Source of the DNA: an uncultured Gammaproteobacteria bacterium
GTDB taxonomy: Bacteria > Patescibacteriota > Patescibacteriia > UBA2591 > CALHIP01
Direction of reading: 5' to 3'
DNA length: 31,251 nucleotides
Assembly (NCBI GenBank): GCA_964450195.1
Contig: CAYVCK010000002.1
Coordinates: 1 to 31,251 of the forward strand
Within the stretch, counting starts at the first letter, position 1; every line of letters starts with the position of its first letter. Of the stretch, positions 15,483 to 26,442 are shown one piece after another. A program made the translations under genes and the position numbers. Under the pieces are notes generated by a model. The model ran no database searches, was not told the origin of the DNA, and saw only the letters and a program-made list of their open reading frames with translations.

Positions 15483-17294
15483 TTATTTTTTATTTTTACT
15501 TATTTTTGTCTTAATATACCATTGATTAACATTATTAAATCGATCAGCCGGCAGGTTGATCTTTTCTATTTTTAGACCTTTTATTTTATTGGTAATTAAA
15601 TAATTATAATTTGTTATGTGGAGAAAAATAGCCGGTACCTCCTCAGATAGAATGTCTTGAAATTCAGCGTATTTTTTCCGTCGCACTTCTTCAAATGGCC
15701 AACCCCGGCCTTTCTCTAAAAGTTTATCGACTCTTTTATTAGAAAAACCACTAAGATTTAGGTTGGGATAATTTATTTGTGAGGAATGCCAGAGATTAAA
15801 CGGATCGGAACCGAAAGTTTCAACTACCCCATAAAGAAGCGCTGTATATTTTCTCTCCTTTAGAACTTCCTCTATATGTTCCGGGGCAATAATAATCAGC
15901 TTTACTCTAATACCAATATTGTGCCAAGCGTCTCTGATGATTTCAGCGGTTTTTTTCAGATCAGGTTGATCGACGGTTAAAAGTGAAATTTCCAATCGTC
16001 TTGTGTCTTTCAGCCAGGCGTCTTCTTCATCTTTTTGCCAGCCATTTTTTTCAAGAAGGGCGATAGCTTTCTCGGGACTAAATTCATATGTTTTAATTTC
16101 TTTTTTGAAGCCAAAATTTTCTGGTAAGATCGGCCCGTGAATAATTTGGCCCTCAAAACTTAAGACCTCTTGAAGGATTTTTTCTTTAGGTGTGGCAGAG
16201 GCAAGGGCTTGACGGACTTCTTTAAAACGCAAAGGCGTATCCTCCCTCAGATTGAAAAATAAAGCTACATAATGAGGTAATTTCAGGGAGTAGTTCTTGA
16301 AGAGATTGGTTTCGTAGTAAATGTTCTTGAAATAAACTGGTGAATAAGAAATACCGTCTATTTTTTGTTGAGTTAAATCTTTAGCCAGGTCGCTAAAATT
16401 TTGATAAACTTTGAAAGTAATAGTTTTTATAAGAGGACGGTTGAGATGATAATTGGGAAAACGTTCCAGGCTTAGGGATAAAATTTGACCTTCAGGAGTT
16501 TTAGTGATTGATTTAAATTTGAATGGACCACTGCCGATCGGTTTGAGATTAAACTGAGAATTGTATAAGTCGTTTTCTTTTATATTCTGCCAGATATGTT
16601 TTGGGATAATGCCCAAGATTAAGTAATTAAGAAAGTTTTGATTCGGCGTTTCGAGGTGAAATTCAATCGCCTCGCCAGATTTTTTTATTTTTATTTTTTG
16701 AAGATTGAGTAAAAATGGATTTTTGGTATTCAGCCCTTTGAGTTTTTCGTAAGTAAAGAGAATATCATCGGCCGAGATTCTCGTTTCGTCATGCCAGAAA
16801 AGATTATCTTTAAGGTAAAATTTGTAAACATTTTTTTCCGGATTAATTTCATAGGATTTAGCTAAGTCGGGAATGATTTTTAATTGATGGTCATATTTAA
16901 CCAGGCCGCTGAAGACAAGTTTTATCAAGTCCAAGTCAGTGGCGCTGGAGGCAAGAAGTGGGTTGATATATTGTGGTTCGCCAATAACTGCTTCTGTATA
17001 AGAACCTCCCACCGAAGGCACGACTTGTAAATTTCTGATCAAGGTTTTGGCAATAAAAAAAATAAAAGCGACCAGAGCGGCCAGAAAAAGAATCTTAATA
17101 AAAAACTGCTCTTTGGAAGTAAGAATTTTTGGCAGATATAACAGTTGTTTCAGGTTGGGGAGGCGTTTTTTCTGAAACCCTTGAATAATTTTCTGGTAAA
17201 CGCTTGTATGTAGAGGTGGGGGCGATGGCTTCTCTTTTTTGATTTTTAAGTAATAAAGAATTTTTTTTAATTGGTTTTTTGGTGCTTCGAACAT
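15483..17294 (-). CDS. ABC transporter substrate-binding protein, family 5 (OppA/DppA-like), membrane anchored
   Basis: GGSYTEAVIGEPQYINP, LVFSGL, PDLAKSY, PIGSGPFKF, FQDILSEEVPAIFL. Confidence 0.88.
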   Translation of the reverse strand: MFEAPKNQLKKILYYLKIKKEKPSPPPLHTSVYQKIIQGFQKKRLPNLKQLLYLPKILTSKEQFFIKILFLAALVAFIFFIAKTLIRNLQVVPSVGGSYTEAVIGEPQYINPLLASSATDLDLIKLVFSGLVKYDHQLKIIPDLAKSYEINPEKNVYKFYLKDNLFWHDETRISADDILFTYEKLKGLNTKNPFLLNLQKIKIKKSGEAIEFHLETPNQNFLNYLILGIIPKHIWQNIKENDLYNSQFNLKPIGSGPFKFKSITKTPEGQILSLSLERFPNYHLNRPLIKTITFKVYQNFSDLAKDLTQQKIDGISYSPVYFKNIYYETNLFKNYSLKLPHYVALFFNLREDTPLRFKEVRQALASATPKEKILQEVLSFEGQIIHGPILPENFGFKKEIKTYEFSPEKAIALLEKNGWQKDEEDAWLKDTRRLEISLLTVDQPDLKKTAEIIRDAWHNIGIRVKLIIIAPEHIEEVLKERKYTALLYGVVETFGSDPFNLWHSSQINYPNLNLSGFSNKRVDKLLEKGRGWPFEEVRRKKYAEFQDILSEEVPAIFLHITNYNYLITNKIKGLKIEKINLPADRFNNVNQWYIKTKISKNKK

Positions 17295-17296
17295 TT

Positions 17297-17518
17297 TTAT
17301 TGGTTCACAACTAATCGAATAATGCCGAGAGCTAAAAAGATAACCGCCAAAATGATGGTCATAATGAAAACGGTCTTTTCCATACCCCTTTTTGTTCGAA
17401 AAACTTCACCCCCGCCGCCAAAAATAGACGAAAGACCACTGCCTCGCGGCTGGAGAAGAATAGCGGTAATAAGGAGTATAGAAATAATGATTTGAATTAA
17501 ATTAAGAATTTTATGCAT
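17297..17518 (-). CDS. secG: Preprotein translocase subunit SecG
   Basis: ILLQPRGSGLSSIFGGGG...RTKRGMEK; two TM helices. Confidence 0.93.
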   Translation of the reverse strand: MHKILNLIQIIISILLITAILLQPRGSGLSSIFGGGGEVFRTKRGMEKTVFIMTIILAVIFLALGIIRLVVNQ

Positions 17519-17551
17519 AGATGTATTATAACAGGTCTATTTTGTTGGTCA

Positions 17552-17659
17552 ACCCCGTTTAGACGCTCAAAGGTATTCCTGAGGTGAAGTCCCGAAAATC
17601 TCCAAACAAAGTTTTGTTTATTTCAAAAATTGAGTTCTCCGAGAAACTTCTAACGGGGT
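17552..17659. mobile_element. MITE-like element of about 108 bp
   Basis: Terminal inverted repeats ACCCCGTTTAGA / TCTAACGGGGT; no coding capacity; lies between divergent promoters. Confidence 0.45.
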
Positions 17660-17692
17660 CAAGCAGAATAAAATTTTTTCCACAATTGATTC

Positions 17693-17773
17693 TTGACAAA
17701 CTGGTTTAAATTGTTTATTGTTATTCTAAATAAAGGTCGGTTTTAAGTTGGCAAACCATAATGAGTTTGCCGA
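17693..17773 (+). promoter_or_regulatory. groES promoter with a candidate operator
   Basis: TTGACA(17693)-17-TATTGT(17716); inverted repeat TTGGCAAAC-N8-GTTTGCCGA (17748..17773) between the promoter and the SD. Confidence 0.55.
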
Positions 17774-17790
17774 TAATAAAAAGAGGAGTT

Positions 17791-18087
17791 ATGGAGAAAA
17801 TCAATTTAAAACCATTAGGCAATCATTTAATTGTTAAGGCTCTTAAAGAGGATGAAAAAACAAGGGCCGGGATTGTTCTACCGCAGACAGCTGAGGAAAA
17901 ACCAGAGAAAGGAGAAGTGGTGGCGGTTGGACCAGGCAAGCTTTTAGAGAATGGTCAGCGGTCGCCGATGAGTGTAAAAGTGGGTGATAAAGTTATCTTT
18001 AAAAAATATTCTCCTGATGAAATAAAGGTCGATAATCAAGAATATTTAATTATTTCCGAGGAAGATCTCCTCGCAGTTTTTGAGTAA
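17791..18087 (+). CDS. groES: Co-chaperonin GroES
   Basis: LKPLGNHLIV..GIVLP.TAEEKP..GEVVAVGPG; SD AAGAGGAG before ATG 17791. Confidence 0.98.
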   Translation: MEKINLKPLGNHLIVKALKEDEKTRAGIVLPQTAEEKPEKGEVVAVGPGKLLENGQRSPMSVKVGDKVIFKKYSPDEIKVDNQEYLIISEEDLLAVFE

Positions 18088-19870
<1,783 letters not shown>

Positions 19871-19927
19871 GGAAAATTTTCAATTCCCAATTCCCAATTT
19901 CCAAATAAATACCAGATTTTAAACCAG

Positions 19928-20030
19928 AGCACTCAAATAGATTTGAGTGCTTGGCCGAGCACAAATTAAAGCACATAACAAGTTATGTGCTCAACCGAGC
20001 ACAAAATTTTGTGCTTTGGAAATTTGTGCT
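19928..20030. repeat. Nested array of four AGCAC...GTGCT palindromes
   Basis: Stems at 19928-19951, 19970-19991 and 19998-20015, plus an outer stem 19958-19967/20021-20030. Confidence 0.85.
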
Positions 20031-20065
20031 TTGGTTCCAAATCCCAATAATTTAAATTAGAAGGG

Positions 20066-20094
20066 AAAAGCGACCAATGACGGTCGCTTTTTTT
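20066..20094. terminator. Bidirectional intrinsic terminator
   Basis: AAAAGCGACC-aatgac-GGTCGCTTTTTTT between convergent genes. Confidence 0.8.
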
Positions 20095-20581
20095 AATTTT
20101 CTTTTCGAGATTTAAGTAAAAAATAGAGGATCGAACCGGTAAAGGTGATGAAGGCTGCGACGAACGCAGTGTTCAGCATTTGCTTGAAGACGTAGCCAAA
20201 ATAGAACATTGGATCCGGGCTGAAGAGTTTAGCATAGAGAGCAGGATTATAGTTATTCATGTTGGAAGCTTTGAAGATGCCGATAATGAAGCCAGGAACT
20301 AGGCCGAGAACAAATGCTGCAAAAGTTAATCCGATAATCTTGCCAGCAGGGGAGAGAAAACTTTTAAAAGATTCGAACCATTTGGTAGTTACAATCTTTA
20401 TCCAGAGCAGATTGAGAAGAACAAGAAGGCCGATTAGTATTAGTAGACAGATACCTAACCCGATTGTCCAAAGAGTAACTTTAAATGGGAGTTGGCTGAG
20501 AATGGCGACGAGAATGGCGAGGGAAATAATAAGTAGAAATAACAACAACCCGCCTCTTTCTTTTTCTTTCTTCTCTTTCAT
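20093..20581 (-). CDS. Hypothetical multi-TM membrane protein
   Basis: 162 aa, about four hydrophobic segments; SD AGGAGGA and TTGACA-17-TAAGAT upstream. Confidence 0.75.
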   Translation of the reverse strand: MKEKKEKERGGLLLFLLIISLAILVAILSQLPFKVTLWTIGLGICLLILIGLLVLLNLLWIKIVTTKWFESFKSFLSPAGKIIGLTFAAFVLGLVPGFIIGIFKASNMNNYNPALYAKLFSPDPMFYFGYVFKQMLNTAFVAAFITFTGSILYFLLKSRKEN

Positions 20582-20658
20582 TAATTCCTCCTATCTTTTA
20601 TTATCTTAGCACAATTTTTGTTATTTGTCAAGTTTTTTTATTGTGGTAAACTATAGGT

Positions 20659-21021
20659 ATGGCTGAAGAAAATGCGATCCAAGAGATAAAGATAAAGCCC
20701 TTGCCCTAACCTCGTTTTTGGCAGATTTTTTGGGCAGCCATTTGTTATTTAGGGGCCTTAGTGATATTTCCTTTGGCTTTTCAATTTAAACACCCTTTTG
20801 TTAGACATCATACTAAGCAGGGTTTCCTTATTTTTCTTTTAGAGGTGGCCTCAACCATTATTTTGGTTATTCCTGTTATCGGTCAAGTTGTAGGGACAAC
20901 CGGCTGGTTCATTGCCTCGATTCTTTCTTTAATCGGCTTTATTAATGTTTATCGCCGGAGGTATTGGGTTTTGCCTCTATCTAAAGATTTGATAAAATAT
21001 TTTAAGTTTTTGAATGACTAA
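20659..21021 (+). pseudogene. DUF4870/Tic20-like membrane protein with an in-frame TAA at codon 17 (20707-20709)
   Basis: MAEENAIQEIKIKPLP*PRFWQIFWAAICYLGALVIFP..FVRHHTKQG is one continuous frame; promoter TTGTCA-16-TAAACT ends 6 nt before the ATG. Confidence 0.7.
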
Positions 21022-23491
21022 AATTATGACCCCCCTAAAACTTATTTTATGGTTTAATGATGTTGGCATTAAAGATGTGCCTTTGGTGGGCGGCAAAAAT
21101 GCTTCGTTGGGCGAGATGATTCGTCATCTGGGAAAGAAAATTAATATTCCAGATGGTTTTGCTACTACTTCTTTTTTTTATTGGCAGTTTCTTAAAACAG
21201 CAAGACTGAGACAAAAGATTAAAGAAGTTTTAAAGGGTTTAGATGTTCATAATATAAAAAATTTAAAAGAAAGAGGAAGCAAAATTCGTAATTTGATTTT
21301 AGAGACAGAATTTCCGCCTGAATTAAAAAAAGAAGTTGTTAGAGCCTATCAAAAACTTTGTCAAAAATATAAAACTGAGAACTTAGATGTGGCAGTTCGT
21401 TCTTCGGCTACAGCCGAAGATCTGCCGAGCGCCAGTTTTGCTGGTCAACAGGAATCGTTTTTAAATATTCGCGGCGAAAAACAACTTTTGATAACTGTTA
21501 AGAAGTGTATAGCATCATTATTTACTGATAGGGCAATTTCTTATCGGGAAGATATGGGTTTTGATCACTTAAAAATTGCCTTATCAGTTGGTGTCCAAAA
21601 AATGGTGCGTAGTGATTTAGCCTGTGCTGGGGTGATGTTTTCCTGTGATACAGAAACTGGTTTTTCTAATGTGGTTTTAATTAATACTTCTTATGGTTTG
21701 GGCGAGAATATTGTCAAAGGCCGAGTTAGTCCAGATCAATATTATGTTTTTGAAACAACCTTAAAAAAGGGATTTCGACCAATCGTTGAAAAAAAAATAG
21801 GCAGTAAAGAAACAAAACTTATTTATGATAAAAAAAGAGGAACAAAAAATATTCCTGTACCAAAAGAGAAACAAAGAAAATTTGCTTTAAATGATGATGA
21901 AATTTTAACTTTGGCAAAATGGTCGTGTCTAATCGAAGATCACTATCAACGACCAATGGATACTGAATGGGCAAAGGATGGCTGCGATGGACATTTATAT
22001 ATTCTTCAAGCCCGGCCAGAAACAGTGGTTTCTAGAAAAAAAATTGATGTTTTAGAAGACTATATATTAGAAAAGTTCAAAGTTCAAAGTTTAAAGTTTA
22101 AAGTTCTATGTGAAGGTTTAGCCATTGGTTCGAAAATTGGTCAAGGGAAAGTTAGGGTGATTAGAAGAATTAAAGATCTGGTTAAATTTAAAAGTGGTGA
22201 GGTTTTGGTAGCGAAAGTTACTAATCCTGATTTTGAACCGGTAATGAAAATTGCCTTAGCAATTATTACTGATAGCGGCGGGAGAACATCTCATGCGGCG
22301 ATTGTTTCTAGAGAGATGGGCGTGCCTTGTATTGTCGGTACCGGCAAAGCAACAAAAATTTTAAAAAATGGCCAGGTCGTAACCGTTTCTTGCGCCGAAG
22401 GAGAGAAGGGTTTTGTTTATCAAGGATTGCTTCCTTTTAAAATCACAAAAATAAATATCGCTAAACTTAAACGGCCAAAAACAAAAATTATGATGAATTT
22501 GGGCGAACCAGACCGGGCTTTTGGTTTATCTTTTATTCCTAATGACGGGGTTGGTTTGGCGCGTGAAGAATTTATTATTGCTAATCAAGTTAAAATACAT
22601 CCACTTGCTTTGCTCAATTATAAAAAACAGCCGGCCAAAATAAAAAGACAGATTGATCAATTGACTTTTAGCTACAAGGATAAAAGGCAATTCTTCATTG
22701 ACAAATTAGCTGAGGGGATTGCTAAAATTGCGGCTGCTTTTTATCCCAAGAATGTTATTGTTAGGTTTTCTGATTTCAAAACCAATGAATATGCCAATTT
22801 AATTGGCGGCGCTCAGTATGAACCAAAAGAAGCTAATCCAATGATTGGCTGGCGCGGCGCTTCCCGTTATTATGATAAAAATTTTAAAGAAGCCTTTGGT
22901 TTAGAGTGTTTAGCCATTAAAAAAGTTCGTGAAGAATTCGGTTTAGATAATCTGATTTTGCTAGTGCCATTTTGTCGGACGCCAGAAGAAGGCCGGAAAG
23001 TCCTAAGTATTATGGAAGAGTACGGACTTTCTCGCGGATCAACGCAGATCAAAACTCGGATCAACACAGATATCCGCGTAAATCAGCGTAGAAATCTGCG
23101 TTTATCAGCGTTAAGGGTCTTTGTGATGGCCGAGATTCCTTCTAATATAATTTTAGCCGAAGAATTTGCTAAGATTTTTGATGGATTTTCCATTGGTTCA
23201 AACGATCTTACACAGCTTACTTTAGGTTTAGATCGTGACTCAGAACTTGTTGCCCATATTTTTGATGAAAGAAATGAAGCGGTGAAAAATTTAATTCGTC
23301 ATCTAATAAAAATTGCTCATCGCTACGGCCGAAAAGTGGGCATCTGTGGTGATGCGCCTTCAACTTTTCCTGATTTTGCTAAATTTTTAGTAGAAAGTGG
23401 CATTGATTCTATTTCTCTGGCCCCGGATGCAGTGATTAAAACAACTTTAGAAATTTTAAAAACTGAACAAAGGCTAAAATTTAAAAAATAA
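21014..23491 (+). CDS. ppsA: Phosphoenolpyruvate synthase
   Basis: VGGKNASLGEM, VAVRSSATAEDLP.ASFAGQQ, GGRTSHAAIVSRE, SIGSNDLTQLTLG. Confidence 0.97.
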   Translation: MTKIMTPLKLILWFNDVGIKDVPLVGGKNASLGEMIRHLGKKINIPDGFATTSFFYWQFLKTARLRQKIKEVLKGLDVHNIKNLKERGSKIRNLILETEFPPELKKEVVRAYQKLCQKYKTENLDVAVRSSATAEDLPSASFAGQQESFLNIRGEKQLLITVKKCIASLFTDRAISYREDMGFDHLKIALSVGVQKMVRSDLACAGVMFSCDTETGFSNVVLINTSYGLGENIVKGRVSPDQYYVFETTLKKGFRPIVEKKIGSKETKLIYDKKRGTKNIPVPKEKQRKFALNDDEILTLAKWSCLIEDHYQRPMDTEWAKDGCDGHLYILQARPETVVSRKKIDVLEDYILEKFKVQSLKFKVLCEGLAIGSKIGQGKVRVIRRIKDLVKFKSGEVLVAKVTNPDFEPVMKIALAIITDSGGRTSHAAIVSREMGVPCIVGTGKATKILKNGQVVTVSCAEGEKGFVYQGLLPFKITKINIAKLKRPKTKIMMNLGEPDRAFGLSFIPNDGVGLAREEFIIANQVKIHPLALLNYKKQPAKIKRQIDQLTFSYKDKRQFFIDKLAEGIAKIAAAFYPKNVIVRFSDFKTNEYANLIGGAQYEPKEANPMIGWRGASRYYDKNFKEAFGLECLAIKKVREEFGLDNLILLVPFCRTPEEGRKVLSIMEEYGLSRGSTQIKTRINTDIRVNQRRNLRLSALRVFVMAEIPSNIILAEEFAKIFDGFSIGSNDLTQLTLGLDRDSELVAHIFDERNEAVKNLIRHLIKIAHRYGRKVGICGDAPSTFPDFAKFLVESGIDSISLAPDAVIKTTLEILKTEQRLKFKK

Positions 23492-23518
23492 GTTTTACTT
23501 GATAAATTTGGAAACGCT

Positions 23519-23551
23519 AAAAAGTCGAGGGCATCTGAGCCTCGACTTTTT
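23519..23551. terminator. Bidirectional intrinsic terminator
   Basis: AAAAAGTCGAGG-N9-CCTCGACTTTTT. Confidence 0.85.
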
Positions 23552-23718
23552 TCTTTTATAATTACTCTATGTCTGGACCGGTTGGGCCTCCTCTGGATTT
23601 AAAACAGCCGCTTTTCAACCTGTCTCTGGGTTGATCTTTTCCTTGTTCTTCTTTTTTTTGCCTGAATAGACCAGACCGAAGTGGTTGGATGGTACACTTT
23701 AGAAATTTTTGTCAAGAA

Positions 23719-23788
23719 TTCTATCGAGATTCTATCGAGAATTCTATCGAGAACGTTTCTCTATAGTGGATCTCTATAGTGGATCTCT
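23719..23788. repeat. Two adjacent short tandem duplications
   Basis: (TTCTATCGAGA[A]) x3 and (TCTCTATAGTGGA) x2 plus a partial copy. Confidence 0.85.
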
Positions 23789-23794
23789 TTAGAG

Positions 23795-25174
23795 TTAGAG
23801 AATAATTTTTTTCACTAACGTTCCCTGCGGTGTGTCCTCAATTTTATAACCTAAATTTTTCATTTTTTCCCGCACTTTGTCTGCTTCCTGCCACCTTTTT
23901 TCTTTTCTTAATTGTTCCCGCTGAGTAATTAATTTTTGGATTTTGGCGGGGATTTTTCTGGTTGCTTGTTCAACCTCTTTTAATTTTAAGCCGAATACCT
24001 TGTCGAATTCTACTAAAGTAGCGATTTTGTCAGTTAAAGAGTGCTTATCCTCTTTGATTAAGTCCCAAGTTGAAGCCAGGGCTTTTGGGATATCTAAATT
24101 ATCGTTGACCGCTGTTAAGAATTTATTTTTTATTTCCTTAATCACTTTGCCTGGTTTTAAATAAATGCTAATGTTTTCATAGAGATTATTGAGGGCGTTT
24201 TGGGCCGATTCCAGAGAGTCCCAAGAAAAATTTAAGGGTGACTGCCAATGAGTGGTTAGACATAAATAGCGAAAGGCAAGCGGATTGGATCCTTTATCAA
24301 TTAAAGTTTGTAAAGTAATAAATCGGCCAGAAGATTTAGCCATTTTTTCTTTGTCTAAATTTAAGAATTCTCCGTGCAGCCAAAAATGAGCGAGTAGTTT
24401 TTTATAAGCCGCCTCGGCTTGGGCGAGTTCATTGGTGTGATGAATTTGAACATGGTCAATGCCGCCACAATGAATATCAAAAGGAATGCCTAAATATTTG
24501 ATGCCCATCACCACACATTCAGTATGCCAGCCGGGAAAGCCAGGGCCCCAAGGGGATGGCCATTCCTGGAGTCGTTTTTTGTCTTGAGGTGAAAATTTCC
24601 AGAGAGCAAAATCAGTTGGATTTTTTTTCTCTTTTATATCAATTCTCGCCCCAGCTTTTAAACCTTCAATATCTAATTTTGCTAAGCGACCATAATTTTT
24701 CAATTTTGAGGTATCAAAATATAAGCCATCATTTGTTTTGTAAACAAAGCCATTTTTTTCAAGTTTTTTAATTAATTCAATTTGTTCTTTAATATGCCTG
24801 GTGGCTTTTGGCCAAAGTTTAGGGAAGAGAATGTTAAGATCTTTAAGATTTCTTTTGAAAGCCCGGGTGTAAAAATCAGTAATTTCTTGAGGTGTCTTGC
24901 CTTCTTTTTTAGCGCTTTTTTCTATTTTATCTTCACCAGTATCAGCATCAGAAGTTAAATGACCAACATCAGTGATATTCATAACATGCTTGACTTGATA
25001 GCCATTGTAAATAAGAACCCGTTTTAAGATATCTTCAAAAATATAAGTTCTGAGGTTGCCGATGTGAGCAAAATTATAAACTGTCGGTCCGCAGGTATAA
25101 AGGCCAACTATTTTTTTCTTAATTGGCTTAAAGATTTCCTTTTGCCGTATCAGGGTATTGTAGAGTTTAAGCAT
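23795..25174 (-). CDS. cysS: Cysteinyl-tRNA synthetase
   Basis: [42 protein letters not shown]. Start at ATG 25174. Confidence 0.98.
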   Translation of the reverse strand: MLKLYNTLIRQKEIFKPIKKKIVGLYTCGPTVYNFAHIGNLRTYIFEDILKRVLIYNGYQVKHVMNITDVGHLTSDADTGEDKIEKSAKKEGKTPQEITDFYTRAFKRNLKDLNILFPKLWPKATRHIKEQIELIKKLEKNGFVYKTNDGLYFDTSKLKNYGRLAKLDIEGLKAGARIDIKEKKNPTDFALWKFSPQDKKRLQEWPSPWGPGFPGWHTECVVMGIKYLGIPFDIHCGGIDHVQIHHTNELAQAEAAYKKLLAHFWLHGEFLNLDKEKMAKSSGRFITLQTLIDKGSNPLAFRYLCLTTHWQSPLNFSWDSLESAQNALNNLYENISIYLKPGKVIKEIKNKFLTAVNDNLDIPKALASTWDLIKEDKHSLTDKIATLVEFDKVFGLKLKEVEQATRKIPAKIQKLITQREQLRKEKRWQEADKVREKMKNLGYKIEDTPQGTLVKKIIL

Positions 25175-25337
25175 ACAAAGCATTACGCTTAAAATTCCAA
25201 ATCCTAATTTCCAATTTTCAAATAAATTCAAATCTCTAAATTCAAATTTTCTAAACTGTTTAGAATCTTGGTTATTGGAATTTAGATATTGTTTAGGATT
25301 TAGAAATTAAAAATTTGGATTTCCTGCCTTTGGCAGG
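25175..25337 (-). mobile_element. 163-bp palindromic repeat element, copy A (entire corA-cysS spacer)
   Basis: CCTGCC-AAA-GGCAGG head, heptamer arms and AAGCGTAATGCTTTGT tail; colinear with 30730..30891. Confidence 0.8.
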
Positions 25338-26267
25338 TTATAGCCATCTTTTCTTTTTAAAGAAAGAAAAGAGACCAACAAAGGTAACAATCAAAATACC
25401 TAAGATAATCCAAAAAGCCGCGGGATGACTGGCGAGGGGTATATATTTTAAACTCATGCCAAAGATGTTGGCCAGTAGACCGAGCGGCAGAATGATGACC
25501 GAAATAATAGTCAAAATTTTAATGATATCATTCATCCGGAAGGAAATCAGGGCATTATTTGTCTGCTCTAATGCTTCGCTTGTTTGCCGCATGTTTTCTA
25601 AATTATCCCAAATTTCATTAGCTATTTCTATTAAATCTTCAAAATATGGTTTTAATTCTCCCAGGGAAAAGAACTTTTTTGTTTGACGGATAAATTTATA
25701 AATGACCGTCCGATGGACCTGCACGATGCGACGGAAATTGATGATACTTCGTTTAATAACCAAAATTTCTCTGACCATTCGGCGTTCATAACCGCGAAAG
25801 ATATTATATTCTAGACTAGAAAGACTGTATTGAAGAGTATCCAGGATTGGTGTACAATAAAATAGAAGCTTGTTTAAGATTTCGTAAAGGAGGTGGGCGG
25901 GATTTTCTGTAAAGTATTTTTTCTGTTGACTCGAGCTTATCTGACAAATATTGAAGAAATTAATGAGTGGCGGAAGTTCATTGTTATGAACCGTGACCAG
26001 AAAATTTGAGCCGATAAAGAAATCTACTTCAGTCGAGACGATTTCTCTGGTTTTGCGTCGATAAACCGGGAAGAGTAAAACTAAAAATAAGTAATTTTCA
26101 CCATAATCTAATTTTGGTTTTTGGGCCGGAGAAAGACAGTCGGCCAGATGTAAAGGGTGAAAACCGTAGGTTTCTTCTAGGTGTTTCATCTCGTCCGGGC
26201 CAGTTTTTATCACATTAATCCATGTTAAACCTTCTGATTCGATTTGTTGAATAGTTGGTGGTTGCAT
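25338..26267 (-). CDS. corA: CorA family magnesium transporter
   Basis: FHPLHLADCL, C-terminal two TM helices with a GMS (GMN-like) signature. Confidence 0.9.
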   Translation of the reverse strand: MQPPTIQQIESEGLTWINVIKTGPDEMKHLEETYGFHPLHLADCLSPAQKPKLDYGENYLFLVLLFPVYRRKTREIVSTEVDFFIGSNFLVTVHNNELPPLINFFNICQISSSQQKKYFTENPAHLLYEILNKLLFYCTPILDTLQYSLSSLEYNIFRGYERRMVREILVIKRSIINFRRIVQVHRTVIYKFIRQTKKFFSLGELKPYFEDLIEIANEIWDNLENMRQTSEALEQTNNALISFRMNDIIKILTIISVIILPLGLLANIFGMSLKYIPLASHPAAFWIILGILIVTFVGLFSFFKKKRWL

Positions 26268-26442
26268 GTTAAAATCATTTTAACATATAAAATGAAAAAG
26301 CAAAGTATATAGATGTTAGAAATATGCTATAATGTTAGGATGAATCGCATTTTTACCAGCACCCCGGCCTGGAATTACTGGTACCCCGTAAAGTCGCTTC
26401 GTTCCTACAGGACGAGCTGGAGAATTTTTAAATTTTATCTAT

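Noticed and set aside
15541-15560. CCTGCCGGC-type repeat inside the ABC binding-protein gene
   Set aside because: It encodes INLPADRF, which fits the normal C-terminal motif of these proteins, and there is no sign of an insertion.
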